A DNA stretch of 64,000 nucleotides. Origin: an uncultured Bacillales bacterium. GTDB taxonomy: Bacteria > Bacillota_I > Bacilli_A > Izemoplasmatales > Hujiaoplasmataceae. This document shows positions 1-9,260 of this stretch, one piece after another (positions within the stretch are counted from its first letter, which is position 1; every line of letters begins with the position of its first letter). The stretch lies in NCBI GenBank assembly GCA_942493185.1, contig OW818673.1:1823517-1887516 (forward strand). Reading direction: 5' to 3'. The notes beneath the pieces are model-generated. The model saw only the letters and a list, made by a program, of their open reading frames with translations. It did no database searches and was not told the DNA's origin. The translations under genes and the position numbers were made by a program.

Positions 1-10
1 CTCCCCTTAG

Positions 11-51
11 AAAAAACAAAAATCACCAAAAACTATATTATTCTGGTGATT
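11..51 (-). terminator. Putative rho-independent terminator after rpmH
   Basis: Inverted repeat aatcacca (21-28) / tggtgatt (44-51). On the minus strand it is followed by a T-run (complement of aaaaaacaaa, 11-20). The loop is rather long (15 nt). Confidence 0.45.
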
Positions 52-88
52 TCGGGTATTAATATAAGTTATTTGGTTTTATGTTGTT

Positions 89-232
89 TTAACGATCGGA
101 TACGGTGAGTGATTTACGGCCTTGTGCGCGGCGTCTCGCTAAGACTTTACGTCCTGTCGCACTTGCCATTCTTGCCAAGAAACCATGAGTTCTTACGCGT
201 TTGATTTTGCTCGGTTGAAATGTTTTTTTCAT
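89..232 (-). CDS. rpmH: 50S ribosomal protein L34
   Basis: Hand translation of the minus strand gives [47 protein letters not shown] (47 aa), the canonical L34 sequence. It is below the 60-aa cutoff of the ORF track. It sits in the classic position divergent from dnaA. Confidence 0.92.
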   Translation of the reverse strand: MKKTFQPSKIKRVRTHGFLARMASATGRKVLARRRAQGRKSLTVSDR

Positions 233-342
233 GTTCAACACCTCCTGTTTCTAATCCAAAAACCATGCTATATCATTATAAGTGATTTTAACTTTTCTGT
301 CAACAAATATCTTTTGAACGAAAACAGAGATTTTTAGAGTTT

Positions 343-537
343 TTTTCCACATCCGTTTTTTCTCTAATTTGTGCCAAGAATTCCCCTTTTCGCGATTGTC
401 CACAAATGTGTTAAAATGTCCCTTTTCAACCACTGTGGAAAAGTCACATTGACCGCTAAATCAAGCCACTTTTTTTCCACATTCGTGGTGTAAATCGAGC
501 GGATTGTTCGGGTTTTCTCCACATTTTTTGTGGAAAA
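343..537. other. oriC part 1: DnaA-box cluster between rpmH and dnaA
   Basis: Six 9-mers match TTATCCACA with 1-2 mismatches: TTTTCCACA 343-351, TTGTCCACA 396-404, TGTGGAAAA 434-442 (reverse), TTTTCCACA 473-481, TTCTCCACA 515-523, TGTGGAAAA 529-537 (reverse). Confidence 0.85.
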
Positions 538-597
538 CTAATTGGAACAACTACCCATGGGTTGTGGTATATTTTAAGTAACATATGAGGTACACAC

Positions 598-1971
598 ATG
601 GACAATTACGAAAACCTTTGGGAAAAAATCAAATCCAAATTACAAATTACCTTAGAAGAAGATGCCTTTAACGAAACGTTTGGTGGGATTAACAACGTGT
701 TCAAGGTTGTTAATAATTATATTTACCTTGTTGCCCCAAACTCCTTCATTAAAAGCAAAATCGATGCGTTTTACCTCAATCGCTTAAATGCCATGTTAAA
801 CGATCTCGTTACAGAAAAACACATGTTCAAAATTATCACGAAAGAACAGGCTTCAGAAGAACTTTCTAAGACAACTTATAACGTCAACTCTCCCGAACAA
901 GGGCTTGAGAATAAATATAAAACCGGATTAAATAACCTTTATACCTTCGACAACTTTGTCGTTGGCGCTTCCAACCGATTAGCTTATACCTCCGCGATTA
1001 AAGTCGCAGACCAACCCGGCGCCATCGCAAACCCCTTATACATCTTTGGCGATGTCGGTCTTGGTAAAACCCACTTAATGCAATGCGTTGGCAATTACAT
1101 TTTAGAAAATGATGTCAATAAACGCGTTTTATATGCCAAAACAGATCAATTTATTGAAGATTATGCAAAAGCAACCCAAAGAAAATCCTTTGATGAGTTT
1201 TCAAAAAAATATGAAAACGTCGACATCCTTCTCGTTGATGATATTCAGTTCCTTGCTGGAAAAACCCAATCGCAATTGGAATTCTTTAAAATCTTTGAGA
1301 AACTGAAAGAAAATAACAAACAAATCGTTATTACTTCCGACCGTCCCGCTCCCGAATTGTTTGATATCATGTCTCGTTTGACCAGTCGGTTCCAATGGGG
1401 ATTATCGGTTGATATTAACCGGCCAAATCTAGATCACCGTATCTTGATTCTAAAAAAGAAATTACAAGCTGAAACCTCAGATCCCAATTTAATCCCGGAT
1501 TCTGTTTTAGAATACATCGCCAGTATCTTTGATAACAACGTGCGTGAATTAGAAGGTGCATTAAAACGGGTATTATTCTATTGTACGGCGTTTGATTATG
1601 CTTTCACGATTCCTAACGCCGAAGAATCCCTAAAGAATCTTATCAACTCAAAAAACATCTCAAACAAATCTATTAACGATGGAAATTTCAATACCGTGTT
1701 AGATATTGTAAGTGCTTATTATCATATAACCTCTACGGATTTACTATCCAACAAAAGACAAAAACAATACGTCTTTCCCAGGCAAGTATCGATGTACATT
1801 TTAAAAGAGGTTTATGACTTAACATATAAGAAAATCGGACAGATTTTTAATAACAAAGATCACTCCACCGTCATCTATAGTATCGAACAAATTACCAACG
1901 ATATTCAGACAGATCAAGACAAAAAAACGGATATCGATAAGTTGTTGATAAAGTGTGGAAAAAAAGCTTAA
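598..1971 (+). CDS. dnaA: Chromosomal replication initiator DnaA
   Basis: 457-aa ORF with AAA+ Walker A GDVGLGKTHL, Walker B LLVDDIQF, and a C-terminal DnaA-box binding helix-turn-helix (KDHSTVIYSIEQI). Confidence 0.98.
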   Translation: MDNYENLWEKIKSKLQITLEEDAFNETFGGINNVFKVVNNYIYLVAPNSFIKSKIDAFYLNRLNAMLNDLVTEKHMFKIITKEQASEELSKTTYNVNSPEQGLENKYKTGLNNLYTFDNFVVGASNRLAYTSAIKVADQPGAIANPLYIFGDVGLGKTHLMQCVGNYILENDVNKRVLYAKTDQFIEDYAKATQRKSFDEFSKKYENVDILLVDDIQFLAGKTQSQLEFFKIFEKLKENNKQIVITSDRPAPELFDIMSRLTSRFQWGLSVDINRPNLDHRILILKKKLQAETSDPNLIPDSVLEYIASIFDNNVRELEGALKRVLFYCTAFDYAFTIPNAEESLKNLINSKNISNKSINDGNFNTVLDIVSAYYHITSTDLLSNKRQKQYVFPRQVSMYILKEVYDLTYKKIGQIFNNKDHSTVIYSIEQITNDIQTDQDKKTDIDKLLIKCGKKA

Positions 1972-2110
1972 AATGTGGAGATTTAGACGCGAATTAAATG
2001 TACTTTAAGGGCCGAATATGGTATAATATAGCATGTAGGATTTGTTTTTCTCCACCGTTTCAACAGCCCTAATAACAATAATAAAAACAAAAAGACTTAA
2101 TAAATAAACA
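1954..2110. other. oriC part 2: DnaA boxes plus AT-rich putative unwinding element between dnaA and dnaN
   Basis: TGTGGAAAA 1954-1962, TGTGGAGAT 1974-1982, TTCTCCACC 2048-2056. These are followed by a short GC cluster (cagccc), then aat aac aat aat aaa aac with 3-nt periodicity, then an AT-rich run to about 2110. Confidence 0.6.
2019..2027 (+). promoter_or_regulatory. Extended -10 promoter element (TGgTATAAT) upstream of dnaN
   Basis: TGGTATAAT about 95 nt upstream of the dnaN start codon. Confidence 0.45.
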
Positions 2111-2121
2111 GGAGGTCGTTT

Positions 2122-3246
2122 ATGAACTTTACGATTAACAAAGAAGTGCTTCTGAACAATTTGCTTGTTGCCCAAAAAGCTTTGTCGACTAAAACACCGG
2201 CTCCGTATTTACAGGGAATAAAATTGGAAGTATATCAAAACGAACTCATCATGATTACTAGCAATTCAGATATCTCCATTAAATTATCTTTGAAAGACGA
2301 AAGCCTTCATGTCGAAACCGTGGGTGAAGTATTAATTCCGGGAAAATATTTTGTCGAATTAATTCGCAAACTCGACGGAAGTTTGATTTCACTCTCAGTC
2401 ATTGATGACAATGTTTTAAAGATTGTTGCCGGTAAATCAGACATCACTTTAAACATGCTTAATGCAGATGATTATCCTCACATCGATTTCATTATGAATG
2501 ATAACCCCATTAAAATTGAAACCAAAGTGATGAAGACGATTATCAAACAAACGACCTTTGCCACATCGGCAATTGAAAACCGCCCAATTCTAACCGGTGT
2601 TAACATTCGCGTTGATGGTGAACGTTTGGTTGCAATTGCAACAGATAGTTTCCGTTTAAGCCAAAAAGTCATTGATGTTCCCACCAACCTTGAGAATATG
2701 AATGTCGTTATCCCAGGAAAATCTTTGGATGAGCTAATTAAAATACTAGAATTACCTTTAGATGAAATCCTAATTCATCTCAATCATAAATCAATTTTGT
2801 TTGAATATGGCAACATTCTATTCCAATCGCGATTACTCGATGGTAATTTCCCAGAAACATCGCGGTTAATCCCTGTTGAATTTCCAATTGTCATTAAATT
2901 TAACAAAAACGATTTATTCGTAGCGATTGATCGTGCAGCGTTACTTTCTAGTCGCGAAACCAGCGCAAGCATCGTTAAATTATATTTAAGAAATGATAAT
3001 GGCGTCGAAATTACGTCGAATAGTCCAGAAATCGGTAAAGTCGTTGAAGAAGTTCAACCGGTTGAAAAACCAATTGGCGTTCCCATTCGAATTGCATTCA
3101 GTTCTAAATATTTTATGGATGCGTTAAAAACCTTTAATTCAGATCAAGTGTATGTTAAATTTACCGGTGAGATTCGTCCTTTCGTTATTGAAGGCGAAAT
3201 GGATCCAGGACTCATTCAATTGATTCTACCGGTCCGTACCGAATAA
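2122..3246 (+). CDS. dnaN: DNA polymerase III beta sliding clamp
   Basis: 374-aa ORF directly after dnaA. RBS aggagg lies 7 nt upstream. The three-domain beta-clamp length and the C-terminal LILPVRTE-type end are typical. Confidence 0.97.
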   Translation: MNFTINKEVLLNNLLVAQKALSTKTPAPYLQGIKLEVYQNELIMITSNSDISIKLSLKDESLHVETVGEVLIPGKYFVELIRKLDGSLISLSVIDDNVLKIVAGKSDITLNMLNADDYPHIDFIMNDNPIKIETKVMKTIIKQTTFATSAIENRPILTGVNIRVDGERLVAIATDSFRLSQKVIDVPTNLENMNVVIPGKSLDELIKILELPLDEILIHLNHKSILFEYGNILFQSRLLDGNFPETSRLIPVEFPIVIKFNKNDLFVAIDRAALLSSRETSASIVKLYLRNDNGVEITSNSPEIGKVVEEVQPVEKPIGVPIRIAFSSKYFMDALKTFNSDQVYVKFTGEIRPFVIEGEMDPGLIQLILPVRTE

Positions 3247-3268
3247 TTTCAAAATAAACAAGAAGTAG

Positions 3269-3300
3269 ATGGAGTTGAGAGACTCCATTTTTCTTTTTCT
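3269..3300 (+). terminator. Rho-independent terminator after dnaN
   Basis: Stem atggagt (3269-3275) / actccat (3282-3288), 6-nt loop, T-rich tail. Confidence 0.7.
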
Positions 3301-3359
3301 TATTGCATTCATAGGGGTTTAATGATATTATCTTATCGGTTTTTAAAGGGGGACAAAAC

Positions 3360-4781
3360 ATGGCTAGAACGTTTGATGTTGTTATTGTTGGTGCCGGACC
3401 GGCCGGAGCGATGACAGCTTACGAATTACACGAAAAAAATCCTAACCTATCCGTTTTATTAATCGACAAAGGACATGACATTTATGCCCGTCGTTGTCCT
3501 ATCCTTGAAAAGAAGCTCATCAAATGTCCAACCAGACGGGATGGCGAGCTTGGTTGTTACCCAGCCTGCTCCATTACCAATGGTTTTGGTGGTTCAGGGG
3601 CTTATTCAGATGGCAAATTTAACATTACCAGCGAATATGGCGGATGGATGACCGATTATTTAGAAGAAGATATTGTTGAAGAATTGATTGATTACGTCGA
3701 CCAAATCAATTTAAAATTTGGCGCACCTAGAACCATCACCGATCCCTCTACCGACGCAGTTAGAGCCATTGAACGTAAAGGTTTGGCGGTTGGGTTAAAA
3801 CTACTTAGAGGAAAAGTTCGTCACCTTGGAACAGAAATTAATCTTCAAATTCTTAAAAATATGTTTGAAGATCTCAAAAAGAAAGTCACAATGATTTATA
3901 AAACCGAAGTTGTCGATCTTATCGTCGAAAACAACCAAATTAATGGTGTTTTATTAGATACCGGTGAAACGATTTTCGCTAAAAACGTTGTTGTTGCGCC
4001 AGGACGAGACGGATCTCAGTGGTTATCGGATGTTTGTTCGAAATTAAACGTCCCGATGCATGCGAATCATGTGGATATCGGCGTTCGCGTCGAGACCAAC
4101 AATGAAATAATGGAAGAAATAAATACACATCTCTACGAAGGCAAATTTATCTACCGAACCAGCATGGGGACGCAGGTTAGAACCTTCTGTGCCAACCCCT
4201 CTGGACACGTAGTTATTGAAAATCACAGCGGGACAATCGTTGCGAACGGACATTCCTACAACGATGCAAAATTAGGGTCTAAAAACACCAATTTTGCCTT
4301 GCTCGTCAGTCATAATTTCACAGAACCGTTTAATCAACCCAACGAATTTGCACATGGGGTTTCACAGTTAGCCAATATGCTCTCAAACGGAGCCATCATC
4401 ATTCAACGATACGGGGATTTAAAAAACGGGCGCAGATCAACGGAGAAACGAATTCGCGAAGGATTTGTCGTTCCTACTTTAAAAGAAGCTGTACCGGGCG
4501 ATTTAGGCCTTGTGTTGCCTTATAAGACGATGAAATCAATCATAGAAATGATTGAAGCGTTAGATCATGTCACTCCGGGAATTGCCTCTGAACATACGTT
4601 ATTTTATGGCGTAGAAGCCAAATTTTATTCCGCAAGACCAGAAGTTGGAAACAACTTTGAAACGAAAATATCTGGGCTTTATGTTGGCGGCGATGGCGCA
4701 GGAATTACCAGAGGACTCGCACAAGCTGGAGCAAACGGCATTTGGATAGCAAGAGACATTGTCAAAAAAACATTGAATTAA
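3360..4781 (+). CDS. FAD-dependent oxidoreductase-like protein (uncharacterised FAD-dependent dehydrogenase family)
   Basis: 473 aa with an N-terminal Rossmann dinucleotide motif VVIVGAGPAGAMTA and a C-terminal GGDGAGITRG motif. Confidence 0.8.
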   Translation: MARTFDVVIVGAGPAGAMTAYELHEKNPNLSVLLIDKGHDIYARRCPILEKKLIKCPTRRDGELGCYPACSITNGFGGSGAYSDGKFNITSEYGGWMTDYLEEDIVEELIDYVDQINLKFGAPRTITDPSTDAVRAIERKGLAVGLKLLRGKVRHLGTEINLQILKNMFEDLKKKVTMIYKTEVVDLIVENNQINGVLLDTGETIFAKNVVVAPGRDGSQWLSDVCSKLNVPMHANHVDIGVRVETNNEIMEEINTHLYEGKFIYRTSMGTQVRTFCANPSGHVVIENHSGTIVANGHSYNDAKLGSKNTNFALLVSHNFTEPFNQPNEFAHGVSQLANMLSNGAIIIQRYGDLKNGRRSTEKRIREGFVVPTLKEAVPGDLGLVLPYKTMKSIIEMIEALDHVTPGIASEHTLFYGVEAKFYSARPEVGNNFETKISGLYVGGDGAGITRGLAQAGANGIWIARDIVKKTLN

Positions 4782-4788
4782 TGACGTG

Positions 4789-4819
4789 AAAAGACCGAAT
4801 GAAAATCGGTCTTTTTTTG
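4789..4819 (+). terminator. Rho-independent terminator
   Basis: Stem aaaagaccga / tcggtctttt followed by a T-run. Confidence 0.75.
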
Positions 4820-4854
4820 TTCATCAACTCGTGCTTTCAAACCACTGATAGGTA

Positions 4855-4863
4855 TGATATAAT
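4855..4863 (+). promoter_or_regulatory. Extended -10 (TGATATAAT) upstream of purA
   Basis: Exact TGATATAAT about 30 nt upstream of the purA ATG. Confidence 0.5.
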
Positions 4864-4893
4864 GGATGTGGTCTAAAAAAGAGGGGTGCCATT

Positions 4894-6180
4894 ATGGGGA
4901 AACGAGTTGTAGTCGTAGGAACACAATGGGGCGATGAAGGTAAAGGTAAAGTAACGGACTTTCTCGCAATGCAAGCGGACGTTGTTGTTCGCAGTCAAGG
5001 GGGAAACAACGCCGGACATACCATCCTTTTTAATCAACAAAAATTTGCTTTGCATTTTTTACCATCTGGGATGTTAAATTCAAAAATCACCAATTACATG
5101 ACCAACGGAATGGTCATTGAACCCGAAGCATTTTTCAAGGAATTGGATGTATTACATAAAAGCGGCATTACCGATTATCATTTGCACATTTCTGATCGTG
5201 CTCATGTGATTATGCCTTATCATATTGCCCTTGATGGTATTTTAGAAAAAATTAAAGGGGACCAAGCGGTTGGTACAACCAAAAAAGGCATAGGTCCAGC
5301 TTATACTGATAAAATAGCAAGAGTCGGCATTCGTGTTGGCGATTTACTCGATCCTTCGATGCTAAAACTACGGTTACAAGGTAATTTAGCCATCACAAAT
5401 CAATATTTATCAGCTTTAGGGGAACAACCCTATGATTTCAATGAATTGTACCCGCGTTATCTCGAGTTTGGGAAAAAACTAGCTCCGTTTGTATCCGATA
5501 CATCCTTATTGCTCAACGACGAAATTGAAGCCGGTAAAAATATTTTATTTGAAGGTGCTCAAGGCGTTATGCTTTGTATTGAACAAGGAACTTATCCCTT
5601 CGTCACAAGCAGTTCTCCTTCCGCAGCCGCTGTTCCATTAAACGCCGGAATATCCCCGATGGCCTTAACAGACGTTGTTGGCGTGACAAAAGCGTATTCT
5701 ACCCGTGTTGGCGGTGGCGCCTTTCCAACGGAATTTGAAGACGATATTTCAAGAATGATTCGCGAAGTTGGGCATGAATATGGCACAACCACGGGACGAC
5801 CAAGAAGAATTGGTTGGTTGGACATGGTTGTGTTAAAACACACGAAACGCGTCTCTGGATTAACCGGATTAGCCATTATGCTTTTAGATGTTTTGACCAG
5901 CGTCAAGACCATCAGAATTTGTACGCATTATATTCTCGATGAAAAAATCATCGATTATGTTCCCGGAAATTACGCCGACTTTATCCGCGTAAAACCGGTG
6001 TATATTGAATTACCGGGTTGGACCGAAGATATCACCCATGTGACCAGTTTTTCAGAATTACCGGAAAACGCACAAGGATATCTCCGCACCATCGAAAAAC
6101 TATCGGGTGTTAAAATCACCTTGTTTTCCGTCGGCCCAGACCGCCATCAAACTGTGGTTTTGAATCAAATATTCAAATAG
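4894..6180 (+). CDS. purA: Adenylosuccinate synthetase
   Basis: 428 aa with the N-terminal GTQWGDEGKGK P-loop and GGNNAGHT motif diagnostic of PurA. Confidence 0.98.
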   Translation: MGKRVVVVGTQWGDEGKGKVTDFLAMQADVVVRSQGGNNAGHTILFNQQKFALHFLPSGMLNSKITNYMTNGMVIEPEAFFKELDVLHKSGITDYHLHISDRAHVIMPYHIALDGILEKIKGDQAVGTTKKGIGPAYTDKIARVGIRVGDLLDPSMLKLRLQGNLAITNQYLSALGEQPYDFNELYPRYLEFGKKLAPFVSDTSLLLNDEIEAGKNILFEGAQGVMLCIEQGTYPFVTSSSPSAAAVPLNAGISPMALTDVVGVTKAYSTRVGGGAFPTEFEDDISRMIREVGHEYGTTTGRPRRIGWLDMVVLKHTKRVSGLTGLAIMLLDVLTSVKTIRICTHYILDEKIIDYVPGNYADFIRVKPVYIELPGWTEDITHVTSFSELPENAQGYLRTIEKLSGVKITLFSVGPDRHQTVVLNQIFK

Positions 6181-6196
6181 ACTGAGGAGGAAGAAA

Positions 6197-7432
6197 ATGA
6201 CGAATCACATCGTTGGAAACCATGCCTTAAACAAGGTCATGGAATCCAACATCTTGAAGATTTCACAAGAAGCAAGAGCAGCAAAAGCATTAAATCCGGA
6301 GGTTATTGACGCAACAGTCGGAATGCTTCACCGCGAAGACGGCAAACTTTTTAAATACGCCGTGGTGGAAGACTTGTTACAACATCTAACCGATCCGGAA
6401 ATGTATTATTATGCCCCAGTAAATGGGTCAAAAGAATTTTCTAATGGCGTTATTGATTGGGTTTTTGGCAATCATAAAGACGCTATTGTTAAAACGTTCC
6501 ATCTCAGCGTTATTCCAACCACCGGTGGGTCTGGAGCACTCTCAAATTCGATTTACAATTTCAATGATTTTGGCAATGCCATGTTAATTCCCAATTATTA
6601 TTGGACGCCTTATGAAAACATTGCGGAAGAAGCCCATGTTGGCGTTGAAACCTTCCAACTTTATGATGAGCATTATCATTTCAATTTAAAAGATTTTACC
6701 CAAAAGGCGAAAGCCCTTGCCATTCGCCAACAACGATTGTTTCTAATCTTAAATGATCCTTGTAATAATCCGACGGGATTTTGTTTAAGTAAAGATAATT
6801 GGAAAGATATCATTGCTGTTTTAAACGAACTATCAAGAATGGGCATTCCGGTCATTTTGGTTCATGACAGTGCTTATATCGATTATCAAATGGTTTCTCA
6901 TGAATTATCACGGGAAGTTTACGAAGCCTTCTTAGAGTTAGATGACAATATTTTAGCCATCATCGCCTTTAGCGGATCAAAGACCTTTTCGATGTATGGA
7001 TTCCGCATTGGCGCACAACTCGGGATGTCAAAGAATAAAGCCATTATTGACGAGTTTAATCGCGTCGGCGATTACAGCGTTCGCGCTCGGTTCTCAAGCG
7101 TTAGCCGACCGGCTATGAGTGTTATAGGCAAAATCTTTTCACAACCGAATCAAATGTCTCTTTATTTGAAAGAGTTGAATACAGCTGTTGATTTACTGAG
7201 AAATCGGATTGCGAAATTCCATGAATGTGCCGATAAAGAACAATTGACCATGCTACCTTATGGTGGGGGTTTCTTTGTGGGTGTTGAAACGAAAAACCCC
7301 AACATCTTTAAAGATTTGGTCAAAGACGGTGTCTTCATCATTGCGATGCCGGGAATGATTAGAATTGCATTAAGTTCGGTTAAATTATCTGAAATCGACC
7401 GGCTTGTGTCCATCATTAAAAAACACGTATAA
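6197..7432 (+). CDS. Class I PLP aminotransferase (aspartate/aromatic aminotransferase-like)
   Basis: 411 aa. The SGSKTFSMYGFRIG motif resembles the PLP-lysine motif S-x-S-K-x-F-x-x-Y-x-x-R-x-G of AspC/TyrB-type enzymes. Confidence 0.8.
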   Translation: MTNHIVGNHALNKVMESNILKISQEARAAKALNPEVIDATVGMLHREDGKLFKYAVVEDLLQHLTDPEMYYYAPVNGSKEFSNGVIDWVFGNHKDAIVKTFHLSVIPTTGGSGALSNSIYNFNDFGNAMLIPNYYWTPYENIAEEAHVGVETFQLYDEHYHFNLKDFTQKAKALAIRQQRLFLILNDPCNNPTGFCLSKDNWKDIIAVLNELSRMGIPVILVHDSAYIDYQMVSHELSREVYEAFLELDDNILAIIAFSGSKTFSMYGFRIGAQLGMSKNKAIIDEFNRVGDYSVRARFSSVSRPAMSVIGKIFSQPNQMSLYLKELNTAVDLLRNRIAKFHECADKEQLTMLPYGGGFFVGVETKNPNIFKDLVKDGVFIIAMPGMIRIALSSVKLSEIDRLVSIIKKHV

Positions 7433-7443
7433 CCCCTATAAAT

Positions 7444-7478
7444 GAAAAAAAGGATTCGAATTTCGAGTCCTTTTTTCC
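7444..7478. terminator. Bidirectional terminator between convergent genes
   Basis: 10-bp stem aaggattcga / tcgagtcctt (one G-U pair), 3-nt loop, A-run upstream and T-run downstream. Confidence 0.7.
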
Positions 7479-7501
7479 TTTTTGTGATCTAGTCCTTTGA
7501 T

Positions 7502-7717
7502 TTAAGCTAAGAATGTGACCTTGCCATTTAAGACGATGGTAATGATATCGATAATCCAACCAATGGTTGCGCCAATGAAAATCCAAATGATGCCAATAAT
7601 TAATTTTCCTTTGGCAATACGATACAAACCATAAGCGATGCCATCAATAAATGGTAAAGCAAAGATAATCTTGCCAATCAAAGGGAGATCATCTAAAAAT
7701 TTAACCCATGCTTTCAT
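7502..7717 (-). CDS. Small integral membrane protein (unknown function)
   Basis: 71 aa, two strongly hydrophobic segments, RBS-like gggagggat upstream. I recognise no family. Confidence 0.55.
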   Translation of the reverse strand: MKAWVKFLDDLPLIGKIIFALPFIDGIAYGLYRIAKGKLIIGIIWIFIGATIGWIIDIITIVLNGKVTFLA

Positions 7718-7808
7718 ATGATCCCTCCCTTCAACCGTGATTATACCATACTTTGAAAAAAAAGTTCATCGGTTCGCTGAAAAAAACGAATGATAAACTT
7801 AATTATTT

Positions 7809-8825
7809 TTATTCTAAGGTGCGATCGACCGCAAGGGCAATCTTCCGGCAGTTCTTGACCAACTCTTCAAAACGTTCCGGTTTTAAAGATTGTTGCCCAT
7901 CAGAAAGGGCTTTTTCCGGTTCAGGATGCACTTCAATAATCAACCCATCCGCTCCGGCTGCGATTGCCGCTTTTGATAAGGATTCAATGTATTCCCAACG
8001 ACCGCTGGCGTGCGAGGGGTCGATGATAATCGGCAAATGCGATAGTTTCTTGATGACAGGAACCGCACTAATGTCTAGCGTGTTTCTCGTTGAGGTTTCA
8101 AAGGTTCTGATGCCTCTTTCACAAAGCATGACATTGGGGTTTCCTCCCGCCATGATGTATTCCGCCGACATCAACCATTCTTCGATGGTGTTTGCTAAAC
8201 CGCGTTTTAAAAGAATTGGTTTTTTGGTTTTTCCCAGTTCTTTTAATAACGAGAAGTTTTGCATGTTTCTTGCGCCTACTTGAATGATATCAACATTTTC
8301 AATAAAAGCGGGTAAATCTTCAATCGACATTAATTCACTCACCACCGGAATATGATATTTCTCGCTGGCTGCTTTGAGAATATTCAAGCCTTCCATGCCC
8401 ATTCCTTGGAAGGAGTAGGGACTGGTTCTAGGTTTATAAGCACCGGCTCTCAGAATTCTCGCTCCAGCCGATTGAACCAAGGGTGTAATGATGTCGATTT
8501 GTTCGGCACTTTCTACCGCACACGGTCCACCCATAATAACGATATTTTTACCCCCAACCAAGACCCCACCACAATCAACGATGGTGTCATCGGGTTTAAA
8601 TTTTCGATTCACTTTTTTAAACGGTTCTTGAACCCTTAAAACCGTGTCAACGAATTTATAAGCATATAAGCTGTTGGCGTCGAATTTTGAGGTATCTCCT
8701 ACAACCCCAAAAATGGTATAGGTTTGTCCAATACTTTCGTGGATATCAAAACCCATCCCTTTTAGGGCGGAACGCAATATTTCTATTTCTTGGGGAGCGG
8801 TATTTTCTTTAAATTTGATAATCAT
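7809..8825 (-). CDS. aroF: 3-deoxy-7-phosphoheptulonate (DAHP) synthase, type I-beta, with an N-terminal ferredoxin-like regulatory domain
   Basis: 338 aa. The catalytic part carries GPCAVES, KPRTSPYSFQG and IDPSH motifs (KDO8PS-like DAHPS). About 70 extra N-terminal residues resemble the regulatory domain of Thermotoga-type enzymes. Confidence 0.9.
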   Translation of the reverse strand: MIIKFKENTAPQEIEILRSALKGMGFDIHESIGQTYTIFGVVGDTSKFDANSLYAYKFVDTVLRVQEPFKKVNRKFKPDDTIVDCGGVLVGGKNIVIMGGPCAVESAEQIDIITPLVQSAGARILRAGAYKPRTSPYSFQGMGMEGLNILKAASEKYHIPVVSELMSIEDLPAFIENVDIIQVGARNMQNFSLLKELGKTKKPILLKRGLANTIEEWLMSAEYIMAGGNPNVMLCERGIRTFETSTRNTLDISAVPVIKKLSHLPIIIDPSHASGRWEYIESLSKAAIAAGADGLIIEVHPEPEKALSDGQQSLKPERFEELVKNCRKIALAVDRTLE

Positions 8826-8831
8826 GATGTC

Positions 8832-9260
8832 TTATTTCCTCTCTTTTAGTAATTCAATGGCCTCTAAATAGCCTTCTATGCCTTTGCCTGATATTTGAGC
8901 GATGCAGGCAGGGTTTATCACTGATACTTTGCGAAAAGCTTCTCGTTCTTGGATGTTGGACAGATGAACTTCAACAGCGGGAACACAAACGCTTTTTAAA
9001 CAATCGTATAATGCATAAGAATAATGGGTCAAAGCCCCGGGATTAATGATGATTCCCGAAATTTTGGTGGAATAATCTTGAATCCAATCAAGTAAATCGC
9101 CTTCGTGGTTGGATTGTTTCACAATAATTTTTATACCGAGAGAACGGCCATGATCTTTGACTTTTTTTACCAAATCACGATACGTAGAACGACCATAAAT
9201 CTCTGGTTCACGAATGCCTAACCAGTTTAAATTGGGTCCATTAACGATTAAAATAGTCAT
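8832..9260 (-). CDS. aroQ: Type II 3-dehydroquinate dehydratase
   Basis: 142 aa. ILIVNGPNLNWLGIREPEIYG and QSNHEG motifs are typical of AroQ. Confidence 0.94.
   Translation of the reverse strand: MTILIVNGPNLNWLGIREPEIYGRSTYRDLVKKVKDHGRSLGIKIIVKQSNHEGDLLDWIQDYSTKISGIIINPGALTHYSYALYDCLKSVCVPAVEVHLSNIQEREAFRKVSVINPACIAQISGKGIEGYLEAIELLKERK

Noticed and set aside
251-433. 60-aa minus-strand ORF between rpmH and dnaA
   Set aside because: It lies entirely within the DnaA-box cluster of oriC, has no RBS, and its composition is driven by the repeated TTTTCCACA boxes. It is almost certainly non-coding.
7451-7470. ggattcgaa...tcgagtcc, superficially resembling a tRNA T-arm (GGTTCGAATCC)
   Set aside because: There is no acceptor, D or anticodon arm around it. 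It is the stem of a bidirectional terminator between convergent genes.
7753-8283. 176-aa plus-strand ORF
   Set aside because: It is antisense to the well-supported DAHP synthase gene (7809-8825). The translation is low-complexity, with no recognisable motifs and no RBS.
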